A DNA stretch of 64,000 nucleotides, taken from NCBI GenBank assembly GCA_040954595.2, contig CM082578.2:6991519-7055518 (forward strand), given 5' to 3'. The notes beneath the pieces were generated by a model that ran no database searches, was not told the DNA's origin, and saw only the letters and a program-made list of their open reading frames with translations. The translations under genes were made by a program, and so were the position numbers. Shown here piece after piece: positions 19,863 to 37,700 of this stretch (position 1 is the stretch's first letter; each line of letters begins with the position of its first letter). Source of the stretch: Balanoglossus misakiensis. Lineage: Eukaryota; Animalia; Hemichordata.

Positions 19863-22800
19863 TTCATTTTATTACTGAATGTTCAAAGACTGTTTAAATC
19901 TTTTGTCTTTACCAATCAAATCATTGTACTTCTGTCGGTGTTAAAATGGGCAGTATAAGACTGAGAAACCAAACCAAACCAGGCTGCATGCCCCCCCTGG
20001 GTCCAACTTCAAGTCTTGCTTGATGTGGCGAGTATCTATTCTGAAAGTTTGGATGCCAGTGTCGTATAAATCAACGAACAGTGCATTAAACCTCCGACAG
20101 CAGATACTGACTGCCAATCAAAAACAGAAAGTGTTGGGGGATGAGTGCACTATAAGTATATTACCCAGATGTAGATTATATAGATGCCCGCATAAAAAAA
20201 AAAAAAAAAAAAACAATGTGCATATAAGGTGGTCACTAAACTTTTATGACGATAAACTTCGAGACTTAAACTGCTCTCTGGTTGAAAATGAAATCAGACA
20301 ACGGAATATGTCCACTTCAAATGTTGGCACGTCATAGTTTTGTTTTTTAATGCATTGCAGGTCATTGATCTGCCGTACAAGATCTGATGATCTCTGGCGA
20401 TAATGTCAGACAGACAAATAATCAAGCCTTATGGGGTTTTAAATTTCTCTCTTTTGAGTTATTTTCTATCTCAGGTAACCACGCAGGGTTTCCATGGACA
20501 GACAGCTCAATCAGATTTTGTTACTCGGCTATAAACCTTAAAAAATAATCAGGCAGAAATTATAGTCACTGTGCGACATTTTCATCACTTTGGGGGGATA
20601 TGGCAGTAAAGAGAAAAGTGGGAAATAAACCCATAGACATGGTCTATCCACCGGGAGGAAGGGCAAATTGACATTTCAAATCCATGAAATATTAACAGTA
20701 ATGACAAGGTTCATCATATCATTTTTCAGCAGACAAAACATCACCCGGATTTAGAATGATCCAATTCTTGTGGACTTTTAGGTCGGATTTAAAGAACAGG
20801 AGAACCATTGTCCCCTGAGACTCGCGGAAGAGGCGTGCGGTGATATGCAAATAGGGTTCAACAAAGTTCAACTGGAAGATTATGATGAACATTAATGACT
20901 AGAAAAACAATGCCACAAATATTTCATATCCACATACACGAATTGAAAAAAATTAAAGTATCCTGAATATAGAAGACAAAAAGTTTGGGCATAGGATATT
21001 GTCATTTATGTTTAGCAATTATAGTGATTACCTTATATTCAGGTAAATTCCCATTGTTTGACCGATAGCTTTGACATCCTTGCTAAGAGAGCCAGTACAC
21101 GCTAGTTTGTTAACTTTTAGACAGCTCCAGAATGAGTTCAATATACCGGTATCTGAAGAAACTGCATGAGATACATATTACCTCGAGCGGCACGTACCTG
21201 AAAACCATTAGTTTTTTTGCTATTTTCTCATTATTCTGGCTCATATATCTGGCAGTGACAACTACAATTGATCACTCTACTATGTACACACCAAAAACTA
21301 GTGATGTACGCAACAGTTCTAAATACATATTTTTTAATAGCAGATCTCTTCCCAAGGTCACCTTGAGACTGTCAGTCTACAGAGAATCCATGCAGTGCCG
21401 TATCTTTTTAAACATAAAACTCTGATATACCTAAAAGTGACACCCCTGGCCATTGAAAGGAAGGATGCTACGTGCGTAGATGGCAGCCTTATAATTACAT
21501 TTCCGTCTAATGTTGGGTTTTCCTGGAGTCTTCATGGGGATTAGCATTTGGAAATCAGAGTCCGGTGGCCAGTTCATGATATCCCAGTATTTCAAGGTCT
21601 TTATTTCTCTTATCCGATGTGTACTGTTGTAGGGTCACGCAGATAGACATATGAGTATAGACATTTCTATGTATTCTGCATGAAGTCACACGCACACACA
21701 CAAATACTAAATGGCAAGGTAGTTTGATCAGTGCAGGATGAAATGAAATGCGCTTAGGTGATTACACTATTAAAAGTGCACGATCAGCTTTGAAAAGTGC
21801 GCATGATTTTCTTATTTATCGTATTGAGACGTACCACAGGTAGTAGACACAGCTCACTCTGCCAGATTTACAATCATGTTCCGTTCACCATTCACAGACC
21901 CCAAGCAGACTCAACCACTTTACAGAATATATTACAGGTAAGCTGTACAAACAGCCCCTCAAATAAAACACACATATGAACCACACCGGTGTCAAAAAAA
22001 AGGACAAATCTCTGATATTGCATGACCACATGCTGAAAATGATATTCTTGGCTTGGCAATCATTAAAAGCCAATTTTCTCAACGCTGCAGTTCACAAGAC
22101 AAGATTAGTATGTGACTTATTCACAGGGTATTACCAGTAAAGTTAAATTCCAAAAAATATACACACAGATATCTTGAACACACCAGAAAACATAGCACTC
22201 GCTAATTCTCACACAAATATACAAAACTTGCCCCTGCATAACAGTTCAGGGGTGGAAGGAACAATTATGTAGAACCACAGAGTAATTTTTGTTTGGACAA
22301 ATAGTGATCTCAAGTTCAACTAGACACCAGACTACAACAGGTTGTTGGCAATCACCACTGCATTCATATATGAATTCATATTTGGAAGATGAATGTCTCA
22401 CAACCTGAAATGACTTGAAATTGTCTCTTTTGTGCGCTCGTATATCTGCAGGACAATACATAGTCTAATTTTAGCACAGCCATGTCACGATCACGATCAC
22501 AGTTACCTGTTTTTTCTTCTTCGTTTTTTTTTTTTCACTTCCTGCCTATTAGAGGACAGGAATCAAAAGAAAATAAGCCCACGCACCAAGTGCAGACATG
22601 GTGAATAATATTTTTTTTCATTTTTATTTCTGCTCTTCTGTGATCTTCTTTGAAGGGGAACTTCTTAAAAAGGACCAAGAATCCTGGTTTTCTTCAGTGA
22701 AGAGAAAGTAATTAATCCTCTAATTTTTTTTTTTCAATTTTTTTTGTTGAGTATCAAAAAGAGTGATACAGCTCTTTCGTCAATGTTTTAATATACCAAA

Positions 22801-25394
22801 TGATGATGTTGCGATAACCAAGGCATTGCAATGGGTTAAACTAAAAGTAGAAGTCATACTGGCATAAGGGTGGTACATCACATCACATCTCATACATATA
22901 GGCCCTGCAACTGTCATCAGCGTTCAATTTTCCTCTGTTATACACAACCTCACCACCAAATTCAGCTATACAAATATAACACTGCTACTAGCCTTGAACA
23001 TCCTTAGCCTCAACTTGGCTCCATTACTCAGTCTCAAAATGCAAGTCAATATGTGGGTGTTATACTTCACACCCAACAAAAATTCAGGATTGTCAATCCA
23101 CTACATAGTCAGTCGGGGGTTTCAGTATTTTCTTGGAGACTATCATTTCAGATGGACCGCAGAATTGCCGGCAATTTTTTTCCCCCTCTCTGCCAGTTTG
23201 CACGACTCCTGTAGCCATGTACCCGAACACAGCAAGTGTTACAAACATATTAAGGAGGTAATTAGATTTTGAACTCGAGCTCTGCATCTGGCAAGAATGT
23301 GGTTGTGAAGATGTACACAGTAAGAGGCACAAGACGGGATCTCTGCCTTTAATTGCACTGGTGTAGAGATTCAATTGGCAGAAAAAGTCAAACTGGGCTG
23401 GTCGGCCAGTTTGACACACTTGGGCACCGTTGCAGCTTTCTCATATGACAGGAATTGACGTCAGTCTTGATGCAATTATAATGCACACACAGGTAGATTG
23501 GGTTTTATTGGCCCCTCTTCTGTGAGACTTTATATGGAGGCGATTTGTGAGGTCTGCCTGCCTTCTCATTCACCCCCACATTACTTTGGGGAAGACTTGA
23601 TCACAATCTGATTAAAATCAGATGCAGAGTAAGGTGCTGGCGATAGCTATTTTTGTGATGGTTAGTTTTGGCTATTCTATTCTCTCGCCTTTAGCTGTTC
23701 TGTTCTCAGTCTTGGCTGTTCCTGGGTGTACCCTTCCGAACAGAACAGCAGAGAATCAGCAAAAGCAAGACGGTGCCCAATGCTACATCAGATTATTGTA
23801 CTTGACCACAGCTAGACGGGTGTGCATGTAGACTGCATGCACGCACACACACACACTCTTTTGCTCAAAAACCAATACAGCAACATATTCCCTCTATCAG
23901 TCTAATCTGGCCTAACAAATTAAGTCTTCATCTTTTACAGTTATCAAATTGTTGGATCTTTTCCTTTCTGTAACATATGGTGAGAGCTTTTCATCACACT
24001 TCATGTGTATCACAATTTTGTGGATCATTTTACTTCACTAATAGTCGTTGTAACCCATGAAAAAGCAGATTTTGTTTATACATATAATTGATATTTTCCA
24101 TTGAAAAAGGTAAAGATGGACTCATCTGGCAAATTTAAATTTACGGAAGAAAAAAAATGGCATCAGTCAGTTCAGCTTTAAGAGGACTATCAGTGCCCTT
24201 GCCAGTGGCAAAAACACAATACACATGAGAAATTTCTGACACAGGATCCATCTACAATAAAAAGCCCATGCCCTTGATTCACAAGAAGCTTTGGAAATCT
24301 CGCTGATCAACATCATGATCTATGCAAGGGTCCCAGCTACATGTACCATCCCTTCGCCGTGAAATGCCACACAAAAAACAAGGATGCCAAAAATTGAAAA
24401 GTTTTTTTTCCCACTAGGCTGGTACTTTATTACAAGGAATACAAGGAATGCCAATTACTGAAATAGTCATTTTCTCCTTGATTTTTCCCCAGTATCATCC
24501 GGTATCCCGAGGTTCTCCCCAAAAGTCAACTGTCGCCTGGTGCTTTCAGATTAGGATGAAGACTCCACCTTGGGCTTGGGATGACGCACATTGTGCTTCT
24601 TAGCAAACCTCATATTTTTGAGAAATTTGGGATCCACCTGCAAAGAGGATTGAGAGGGAAAGAAATCTGTTGTGAGAATCTGGCTCTTCATATTCTGAAT
24701 AGGGTGGTTATATATACATGTACATGTGTGCTATTTTGATCAATTGTTCCTCGTCATCCATACACACACATACCCACCCACCCATCAACACATCCATCCA
24801 TTCATTTATACACACACACACCCATCCATCCAAACACGCACAATTTCCAGCCTATACAAACACCGATTTGCATTTACACATTATCTGCAATAGAGATAAA
24901 AACAACTCCATAGGTGTCACTTAGTCATTTTTTTTAATCACAAGAGTATAATTTGTTCTCGGTGAAACTTTTTCTCCATTTCCTCCCAAGAAAACTCCCT
25001 ACTCGAGCCGCATCCTTCAAGGACTTGACCATGAGGCGGGCAGTTACATGTACATGTCCTGTATTTTTTCACATCTCATCAAATGTAGCATGGACAGATT
25101 CAGCTAAAATGATCCGTGGGCATTGCCAGGAAAACTGCTTCACACAGGAAGCCACTTGTCGGTCTTCCGTCCTTCGTCCGGCTAATTATCCATCTCCTAT
25201 TGTCTTGTCCTAATACTCCTGGGTTTAGGTGCAAGATGAAAGGACGTGACCAAGGACGAAGTGTGCTATTTCTGGGGAAACGACAATTATCCACAAGCGA
25301 TGTTTTCTGTGGCTTCAAAAATGGGCAGTAAATCTGCACTTTAACGTACATTTCGCGATAAGCGATTATTTGCTTTATTTGTTTCATAATTTAA

Positions 25395-25575
25395 AGGTAT
25401 ACAATGAATCACCGTGACCCTTAATTAACATATGACCAAATATGGATAACCAAATATGGATAATAGGGCATTTCCGTTTTTTCGCGTGGCCACTCTGAAA
25501 AAATCTGTGATTGGCCAGATCACATCTTTCCATGGTAACAATAGCAAAATTTGCATAGAGGTGACAAGTATACCT
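25395..25575. mobile_element. Kolobok-like MITE with TTAA target duplication
   Basis: TTAA|aggtatac ... gtatacct|TTAA. The internal ccatgg...ccaatcacaga...tggcc motif recurs in diverged form at ~40110-40255 and ~62240-62320. Confidence 0.65.
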
Positions 25576-26065
25576 TTAAGGCATATGACGATCATATCTG
25601 GAGATTGGACCATTTCTTGGTGGTAAACCTGGCAAAACTACATGCCATACAGCTGTCTTTTAAAAACCCCGTGTTTACCTTCATTAGGTCTTTGCTGTTT
25701 TCGCCTGCTGTTTCAACTACTGTAGATGGCCACGTTCAAATCTTGCGTTTCACAACAGCCAATTTTCTCAAACTTAGTGCTTGAGAAAATCTGGGGTGGT
25801 GTTTGTAATAAATTATAATGCCACTAATTTCTACTATTTCCTCATCTTTTCCTCGCATTCTCCTGCCTTTCAAACTCAAAATTTTGAAATTCTGGTTTCT
25901 ACATTGTCCATGTCTTTGACTTTACAGAAAACCATGCTCAAACTCTCAGATCAAACTGCTCTGAAAATGTCATGTGAGCAAACATAACTTCAGCAAAACT
26001 GTTACATGGCAAGACTGTGGGATTTTTAATAATATACTATTAGTTTGATTGTTGGATCTCTAAAC

Positions 26066-26790
26066 TTATTTCACAGGTTAGTCTGCACAACCTCCACCAT
26101 GTTGACTGTTGCATAATTATCTCCATATCTTGCATAATTGTTGATTGTCCAACTGTGAAGTTAAATGCCTCACAAAAGTTGAAAGCTCTGCAGGTTAACC
26201 ACACTAAAAATTACCACATGGGCAGGAGTTATGTTGTTGTTGTTTTGCAAAACAATGGTTGGAAATCAGTCAACTACCTGCAGATAATTTATCTGATGGA
26301 TTAGTATTGACCTATAGTTTGATTTTTAAATCATTACCCACATTACATATACTAGTATTCACTAAATTAGAAATATGGAAGTTGTCTTTCTGTATGTTTT
26401 CAGTAAGTGGTATAGGAATCAACATTATCTCTTGAATAATCACTTTATTTCACAAGTTATTCTGCACAACTAGTTGACTAGCTGCAATGATTGTAGCGGG
26501 TGCTGCCGGGTTGACTGTTGCTCGCAGCCCTACTTAGCGCTGCGACAACCAGTCAACCTAGCAGGCTGCAGCACCCGCTACAATCACTGCAGCTGCAATG
26601 TTGACTATAATTGCATAATTCTCTCCAAATATGAATTGTTATGTCCAACTGCAAAGTTCAATGCCCAACAAGAGTTGAAAGGTCTACAGGTCAATCACCT
26701 TCAAAATTTTACCACACGGGCAGAGTTGTTGTTGTTTTTTCTCAAAACAATGGTCTGAAATTAGCCATCTACCTGCAGATTATTCATCTC
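26066..26790 (+). repeat. Diverged ~230 bp local duplication; the second copy carries a ~115 bp hairpin insert
   Basis: 26066-26295 aligns by eye with 26446-26790 (ttcacaagtta.tctgcacaac, tgtccaactg, agttgaaag, caaaacaatggt, ctacctgcagat). 26481-26595 is an imperfect palindrome absent from copy 1. Confidence 0.75.
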
Positions 26791-29676
26791 TTCATAAAAC
26801 CAGGTAGTGAAAAAGACAATACATATTAAGTGCGTATTAGACCACACACACGCACACACACAAGGATGAACAAACTGGGTCTTCATATCTGCGTTATCTA
26901 TTTGCTATACAGGACGTACCAATCTCCTGTTTTAACCACAGAGGGCGCCACACACCAAAACACCAATTTTTCTCTGTGATTTTCACCAGTGATTAAAAAA
27001 AACCTCATCAACTTACTCCTTTTAATGATGGATATCTGTGTGTTTTTGGCCTCTTGATACCATTACGATGGTTTTTGTAATCTGGAAAATAATGAAAAAC
27101 AAAATACATGCATTGAGTTAAATTTGTAAGTGAGAAAATGACATGAATTTATGGGTGCAAATTATTCTACCTGGAAGTCTAGTACTTTGTCAGAATTGTT
27201 CTATCCACCTAATTCAGAGCAGATACACAACATCAGCAAGGTCTATTTTAAAATTATCCACAGTCCCCGTATTGTTTCCAGATCACAGGAAAGTGAACTT
27301 ATACTCACTCTGATTGTGGTTGGTATGGTTCTTTGACTTGGCCATCTTCTACTGTTAGGTGCTCACAGATTCAGCTACCTGACAAATAGTATGAAGACTG
27401 CATATTAGCAATAATCTTCAATACATGTGCACTGTAATGAATGATTGACATGTGTACGACCAACCACACTGACTCCAGAAATACTATGGAACATGCATGG
27501 AAGCAGACTCGATTGAAACACCTGTGAAATCAAAGTTGTCTTTTCAACAAGGACTATTGGTATTCTCCGTCTACTTGGTTGTGCCATGGGAGTGGAAGGT
27601 GATACACCTGTAGTTTTCTGGTTGTGACTTGTGAACATTCAACAGAAGTCAAAGAGGCATTGATCTCGAACTTATGTCATTATACATTTATGTTCTATTC
27701 ACTGAAATATACTCTCACTTCAACTTGTTCACACGTTGCTCCACTCAGACTGAGTCTGACCCATGCATTTTGACTAAATTTGAAATGATGGATTGGAAGT
27801 TTGAATGTATTGAAATTCACAGGAAGCGATATTGTGTTTAGCAGGGAAAATTTGTCGTCGAGCATGCATCATCAGCAGTGTTTCATCTACACAGGGGCAT
27901 TCAAGTCAAACCCTGTTGACATGTTGGCACCCCTTACCAACATGTTGGAGATATTACATCCCCCCTTGCAAGAATGGAATCTCAACAGTTACAACACAGC
28001 AAATAGAAGAATGCTGGAAAAATCTTTCAGGAGATGATATTTCGTGTATACAGTTTGCAGTATTGTTTTCTTTCGGGGGGGGGGACGGTAACAATTACTG
28101 ACTCAAATGTCGACGTTTACCCACACTAAAAAGGGTTTTCACATAAAAGAAATTTATGAAACAAAGGTGTTTTGTCATAACCCAAACGGAAAACGCGTTA
28201 TATGAACATTTTGTTTTAATATATCACGCATAGATCGTGGACAGGGCAAGTTCCTTTGGCATGTCACTGATGGGTCATTGCTTTTACAGCAAAATTTAAT
28301 CCTTCTGATGGAACAGATCGTGACAATACCAACAAACTTCAAAACTCTTTTTATTGTACTTTATATCTAGCTTAATATATACTGTGGATGGCATAAAAGA
28401 ACGTCAATATCAGGTAGATTTTATTTGGTACCACAATACGTACCTAAGTTCTTCAAAATGGCGGATCGGAAAGGACTATTGAGGGCGCACTCCACAAATC
28501 ACGTTTCACTGTTGCCATAAGGGGCGCACTTTTCATGACTCATTTTTGCATCTTAGTATGCCTAGTCTTAATACCCGGTAAATACTTTTTCAAGAAAAAC
28601 TTAACATTTAAACTTTAGGTTCATGGAATTCATCCTACAGTACACTACTCATGTACTTATATAGAGATGAGTATATGGGCTGTTCAAAAAGTTATACAAG
28701 TCTGAGGCAGACATACTAAAATTTCTTCCATGGATTGGTAAAATGTAAACCCATCTCGATTATTAAAGTTTCAGCAACCAATTGCTTCTATAAATCTATA
28801 AGAAAATAAATTCTACCAATGAAATATCTTTTGGTTGAAGTCTGTCAAAATTTCATAAATACCAAACATACAACAGTGGTAGTAACAATCATTCATCTAT
28901 TGTCATCATTTGTTTCATAGGTACTTAGTATGTCTATATTGAGAGCAAAACAAGGTGTGTGCAATAATTGCAATGTGTTTTTGTCAAGAAATGCTGCTTT
29001 TCATTCACTCTTTATCTGAAGTCAGATAGCAACATCTGTGTGTTGTTTAAGCAATAATGTCATCAAAGATGAGACACTGCAGACAGCACCATTTTATTTG
29101 CTATTTGAATGTCCGTTTTTTTCATGAGTGGCAAATGATCAGTCACATTTATTTTAAAATGGCAGCGAGAAAGACGCCCTCAAACACAGTTTCCTTTCCC
29201 TTTTTTTTATATATTTACTTTACACATGTTGGGCAGGTGGAGGTAAGCTGTCCATGCCTTCCAGTTAACTCATCAGCATGGATTTTTTGTAGTTATACTT
29301 ATAGAAGTGATACCAGACATGTTCGTTGCTATACCCCAAAAATTTTGATCATAGGCATTAAAAACTTCCTGGAGTTTTGAGATTGAGCAGTGTTTGTAGA
29401 AATTTTCTAGTGTATCTTGTTCATATTATTTGTGTGGTATATTGATTTATTGTCAATTTTGATAGCCATGGTTTATTTCCATCCAGAATCAACTTGTTGC
29501 ACTGTATATTGCTCAAATCACACACCAAGAGAAACTGAATGAAGACATAAATATCAACAACACAATGACACCATCTTTATTTCAGAACAAAACATTTATT
29601 TCTTTTGTATATGTTTCAAACATGGCAGTGGAATCAGCATGCTTTTCCAATCTTTCATCAAATGAACTGCTTGTTT

Positions 29677-32617
<2,941 letters not shown>

Positions 32618-32750
32618 TTTTATCCAAGTTTCTGTGAAAATTCACGCAACGAAAGAAGAAAAATCGTTAAAAAGTAAGAGGTATGCTGACTAAGATGCGC
32701 AACGGATCTCTACAACAGCAGGACTGTTCTGTTCGCGAGATGATCGTCGG

Positions 32751-32860
32751 TATTTATAGCAGTTCGTTGTCAATGGTAACTTCACGTCGTCTTGACAACT
32801 CGATTGTCTTCTGATGCATAATTTTCCTCATTTCCGAAATTCGCTACACTTTAAACCAAT
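32751..32860 (-). promoter_or_regulatory. Alpha-tubulin core promoter: TATA box with two upstream RFX X-box-like palindromes
   Basis: TATAAATA on the minus strand at 32751-32758; GTTGTCAATGGTAAC at 32766-32780; GTCGTCTTGACAAC at 32786-32799; CCAAT near 32856. Confidence 0.6.
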
Positions 32861-34734
32861 CAGATCACTCTATTTAGATTTCTTGATTTTTCGAAAATTT
32901 GATTGACACCCACCACCCAAAGCGCGCGCTCCCCACGATGGAACCAATGCGCGACAGCTGGCGCGTTGCCAGGCATTCGCCATATTTCGAAATTTTTGAA
33001 TCTTGCGCGCGGGTGAGCGGTACCGACATTTCCGACATCAAGTTTTTTTATCGCGATCTGAACACAACACATGCAACACTGCAACATCTTTCCTGAGTCT
33101 TTTTTCCCGATCGGTTGCTTTCGAAACTTTACACGCATTTCCTCTCTGCACCACCTGTCTTCGCACGGTGTCAGTGGTCTCGACTGAGGCGTTGATACGG
33201 TTGAAACACAGGCTCACATGTGTGCGGTACAGAGCCTGCGGCCGCAGTGGGCAAGAGAAAGAGAAAGGCAGTGAAACACCTGGCATATTTCAGAAAAATA
33301 CAGTGGTGGTGCAGAAATACATACTTATCTGTATCCTACTCAATGCATTACAATGTACATTGTAATCACTTGAGGGGTTTAATATTTTTGAAATACCACA
33401 TGACAAGGAGTCGAAAATCCATAGACAACAATGAATTAGTTAGATTTTGCACATGCAATCAGTGTGCTTTATGTTCAGTATGCTGCCAGCAATAGCAAAC
33501 CAATGCTGCATCTTTGAATCTGTCAGTATTTGCCGAAAACAAGTTTATGAGGAAAACAAATATCAAGATCCTCCAACATGCTTTCATGCATGCACACATA
33601 CATCGTGAAAAGTGTATTCAGCTTGAAAAGCACAAAGAAAATATATTTTCCAATTTCAAAACAAATCTTTATTTCTCTTCAACATTTTGTATTATCAAGA
33701 TTCAACTAAACCACTTACATGTACTCTTGTTGTAAAGTTTCTCCTTTCAATAAGAATAGAAAGAGCTTGGATTAGGCATGTGTGATTGGTTTGATGCATA
33801 CATCGTTGATTATTTATTTTCTACAAAATATAGCATTTTCAGATTATCTCTATGTGCGATTGGCGTCTTTCTCTACTTGCATATTATAATTACTATAAAT
33901 AATTTTATTTACAGAACGGAAAGGTTTCTTTTATAATGTTTGATGATCTATACACAGATGTGATTCAATGATGTATAATACAAAAGTTCATACACATTTT
34001 TTTCATTATTATTGACAAAATTTGAGGGATACAACATTCACGTTATTGTTCAACTTGACATGAAAAAGATGAAACACCAGTGACAGTTACATAAAAACTT
34101 TACAGTACATTTTTTAGTTAGACAAAATATGAAATTAAAGCTACATTCTATAACTGAACAATTTATTTTTTAAGGAAGACAGTCTACATTTTTTATTCCT
34201 GGGCGCTGGGCCAAAAGTAATCAAAGTTTATGTTTCACATCCTTGTGGTGTTTAAGTTCTGGGGAATTTCACTCTGAAAACCAATGATTTTAAGGGATGC
34301 AAAACACAAAGTTTCATTTCTACAATATAGAAGCTTACAACATAACATACAAAACACGCTCTACAACTTTACATTTTTCAATATCATCAGAGAGACAGTT
34401 CCAGACTGCAACATTGAAGCAGTAGGAATTAATATTCACAAGAATGTTGAGTAAAAACCCACAAAATTTACATGAAATTGAAAATAAGCTGTTGGAAGAT
34501 AATAATATTTGTCATTTGCGTACTATATACAAACATAGTATCTCATTCAATTTTTTCTTTTCCTCAATATATTACAAAACTATATTTACAAAATTCTATA
34601 GAATCTGGCTAAACATATAATTGAAATCACTTTTGAGCACCAGTGTGCACATCTACTGCTAATGTAGTATAATGCGATTTTTTTTTACATTTCTATTGTT
34701 TTGTAAAGGGTTTTGATTGTACACTTTGTTCAAA

Positions 34735-37700
34735 TTAACCTTTGACCTCAATGTCATCTTTGAAGGTAATTTTGGAAGTTGATGCATATTTGTCTGTGTC
34801 TTCATCTGTTCCGTTGCTTCTGACGACACTTCCATTCACATCTTGTGGTGCCAGGTTCTCAACAGACGCACCGGATAATTTTTTCACATCTGGGGTTATA
34901 AGGTCATCTCTGCTGCCTCTCCTCGGTTTCTGTAGGTAGGCATAGGCTGGTATTCTTTGGAACGGTCGCACCTGGCTGCGCTTGGCAGGGTAGGGCTTGT
35001 CGAATGTCGGGTACCGACCTGGTACGTGGTACCACCCGGCGTTATGGACAAGTCCCGTCATCGGCCGGGGACAGGGAGGCTCCCCCAGGAGGCTGCCGAT
35101 AGTACTGTGTGGTCCATGCACATTGCGGGCGTTGGCGGGATCCCAGGTGAATTTACCGGGTACGGCGCACTTTGACCTGTGCGCCGAGTTCTCGTCCATC
35201 GCGCTGACCGGCCGGCTACCGGGCCACGTGCCACTCTGATATCCGCTCAGCGCCGTGGAACATCGGCTGGTGGCACTGGGTGTCCGTTTGGCCTTTGCGT
35301 CTCCCCTGTCGTCTCTGAACCTTATACTCACAGACTGTTGGAGAGAACTGACGCCGCTTTGCGCGCCTGCTGCGCTGAGCGGTCGCGAGTCGACGGACCC
35401 CGGCGTCTTCGAACTTCTCCCCTCGGTGTCCGCGGCATCGAATCTCACGCTTCCATTGCTCGTGATCACAGACCTGTCTCCGTACTTCGAACTCGCTGAT
35501 TTGTACGACGCATCGCCGTATACACTTCCGCTTGACCGGTGCGAGAGCCGACTCGGAGACCTGTTAGTCGGAGTGAAACCGCTTCGAATGGAAAGCCTGG
35601 CCAGCAAGGACCTGTTGGAATATCCAGCTTTGCTGCGCCTGTCCAGTTTCTCCAGTTCGGGGTCATGCCAGCTCATCTGGCTGTGAGGGCGCTCCACAGT
35701 TCTTTTGTCCGGCTGCTTGACTGGCGCGTAATCATATTCACCGTGCTGTAGTTGCCGTTCAGCTCGAATCAGACAGCACCTGACGACTTTAGTTATGCCA
35801 TGGTCAGGGCCAAGAAGTGTCGACCTCAGATCGAGCGACCTCTTCAAGAGTTCAATGGCTTCTTTCTTGTACTGTCGACTGCCATCAGTGTTTAACATTC
35901 GACCTGTGGGCAAATGTAAAACTTGCTGTTAGGGTTATTTTGTGATAGTTGAATTTCTAAATGAAAGGAAAATGAAAAAAAAATTAGGCATTTTGTGATG
36001 GAGCTTGAACAGAAAGGGTCAAGCAGACTGACAAAACTCAGTGACAATCAACCATAGGCAACAATTGTGTACAAATTTTTTTGATAACAATTTTGTTTCA
36101 ATTATCTGCTCTAGAACAAACAAGTAGGGATCTCGAAGTAGAAATAGACTCATTGTTGCTGACATGCAGATAGTGTTTGTGTTGTGTCAGGGTGATTATG
36201 ACTTGCCTAAATGGAAGAGTGTGGTAGCCACCAGCAAGTGCTTTGGTCCTAGACTGGTTTCTCTGATCTGCAGCGCCCTCCTGAACATGGGTTCCGCGGC
36301 TGCCGGGTTGAATCTGAGGGGAAGAAGAAGGGGGTTACAGGTGATTTCATGCAGAAGTAGTGCAATGTCAGTTTTTCATGATCCTTACATATCGCATAAA
36401 GCTTTCTGCACTGCATATTGCATTAAATCCACAATCAGTTAAAACTATCCACAAAGGTCAACAAATTTTTGTCATTGAACCCCTCTGTTTACAAGTTGAT
36501 GCTCTTCACCAATTTGCAAAGTACAAATTGTAAATTACAGCAACCCCAAACTCACCCTTGCTTGTTTTTGGGATTCGACATCAAGCAGGCCAGATCATCC
36601 AAAACTTCTGCCACAAGAGGGTGACATGCCCCATACCAACTTTCCCTCAAGTTCAGTGCCTTCTGTAGATTTTCCTCAGTCCTTTTGAAGTCACGCTTCT
36701 TATTCCTGAAAGTAAAGGAAAAGTATGAAATGTATTGTGTGACCATTTTACAGACCTAGTACACCATAAAGAGTGGTAGGAACAAAAATATTCTCTGTAC
36801 TATATTGTTAAGCCTACTTCATTTTGATGATTCTAACTTTTCCAATACATGTATATCTCCATTCATGAAGCAAAACACTGGCTTTAGTGATAAACAGAGA
36901 TTAAAATTCTTGGCCTTCTCAATTTACACAGGATTATTCAGCATAAACGCCCCCATTTCTAACTAAATGTAGTGTAAACCATCATATTGCACATATTTAT
37001 TTACTATAAACCATCCTATTATTAACCAGTGTAAATCACCAAAATTAATACTAACCAGTAAACACCAAGATTGTAGTAGACTGTAGCTCTGCCTGTTGTA
37101 CTATGAGCAGCTTTCATACAGTCTTTGGCTCCTTCTAAATACGCCAAAGCCTCCTTAAACTCTCCGTCATGGATCTTGAGATGGCCAAGTCTATTTAATA
37201 GCCGCCCTGCAAAAAATAAACATAGTTACATTGTTATTAGTTATTATGTCAATGTATGATGGTGCTGTCACTAGTATGTTTTCATACATACACACTCAGA
37301 CAGACAGACCAACAGACAGATTTGCAGCACACATCATTACATAGAGATCTTACTTTCCCAGTTCCCACAGTGATTTACTCTACCACACACACATAAGACA
37401 AACACATTCTGCTATGCTTTCACTGGCCCTTATAAGAACCATTTACGTCTTAATTCGTGCTTGTCTCTTGCAATTAGCATCGCCGTATTGCAGCTGAGCA
37501 AGGCACCTTAGGAAGGATACGAGTCTGACACGAACATCTACAGTACAACTTACAAGAAATATGCTTCGGCTGTTTTTAGAACATAAGCTGAAAGACTGCC
37601 ACTACGTACGTAACGTTATCAGTGTTTACTATTGCTATACTCAAATTAAAATTTTAAACCTTCCCCAAATTTGTTACATTTCTCTCTCTCTTATTGAGAA

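Noticed and set aside
19671-19958. ORFs with CV or HT repeats
   Set aside because: Translation of the (CA)n microsatellite.
26935-26952. CTCF-like accacagagggcgcca
   Set aside because: Only a partial match to the consensus and a single short motif; not supportable from sequence alone.
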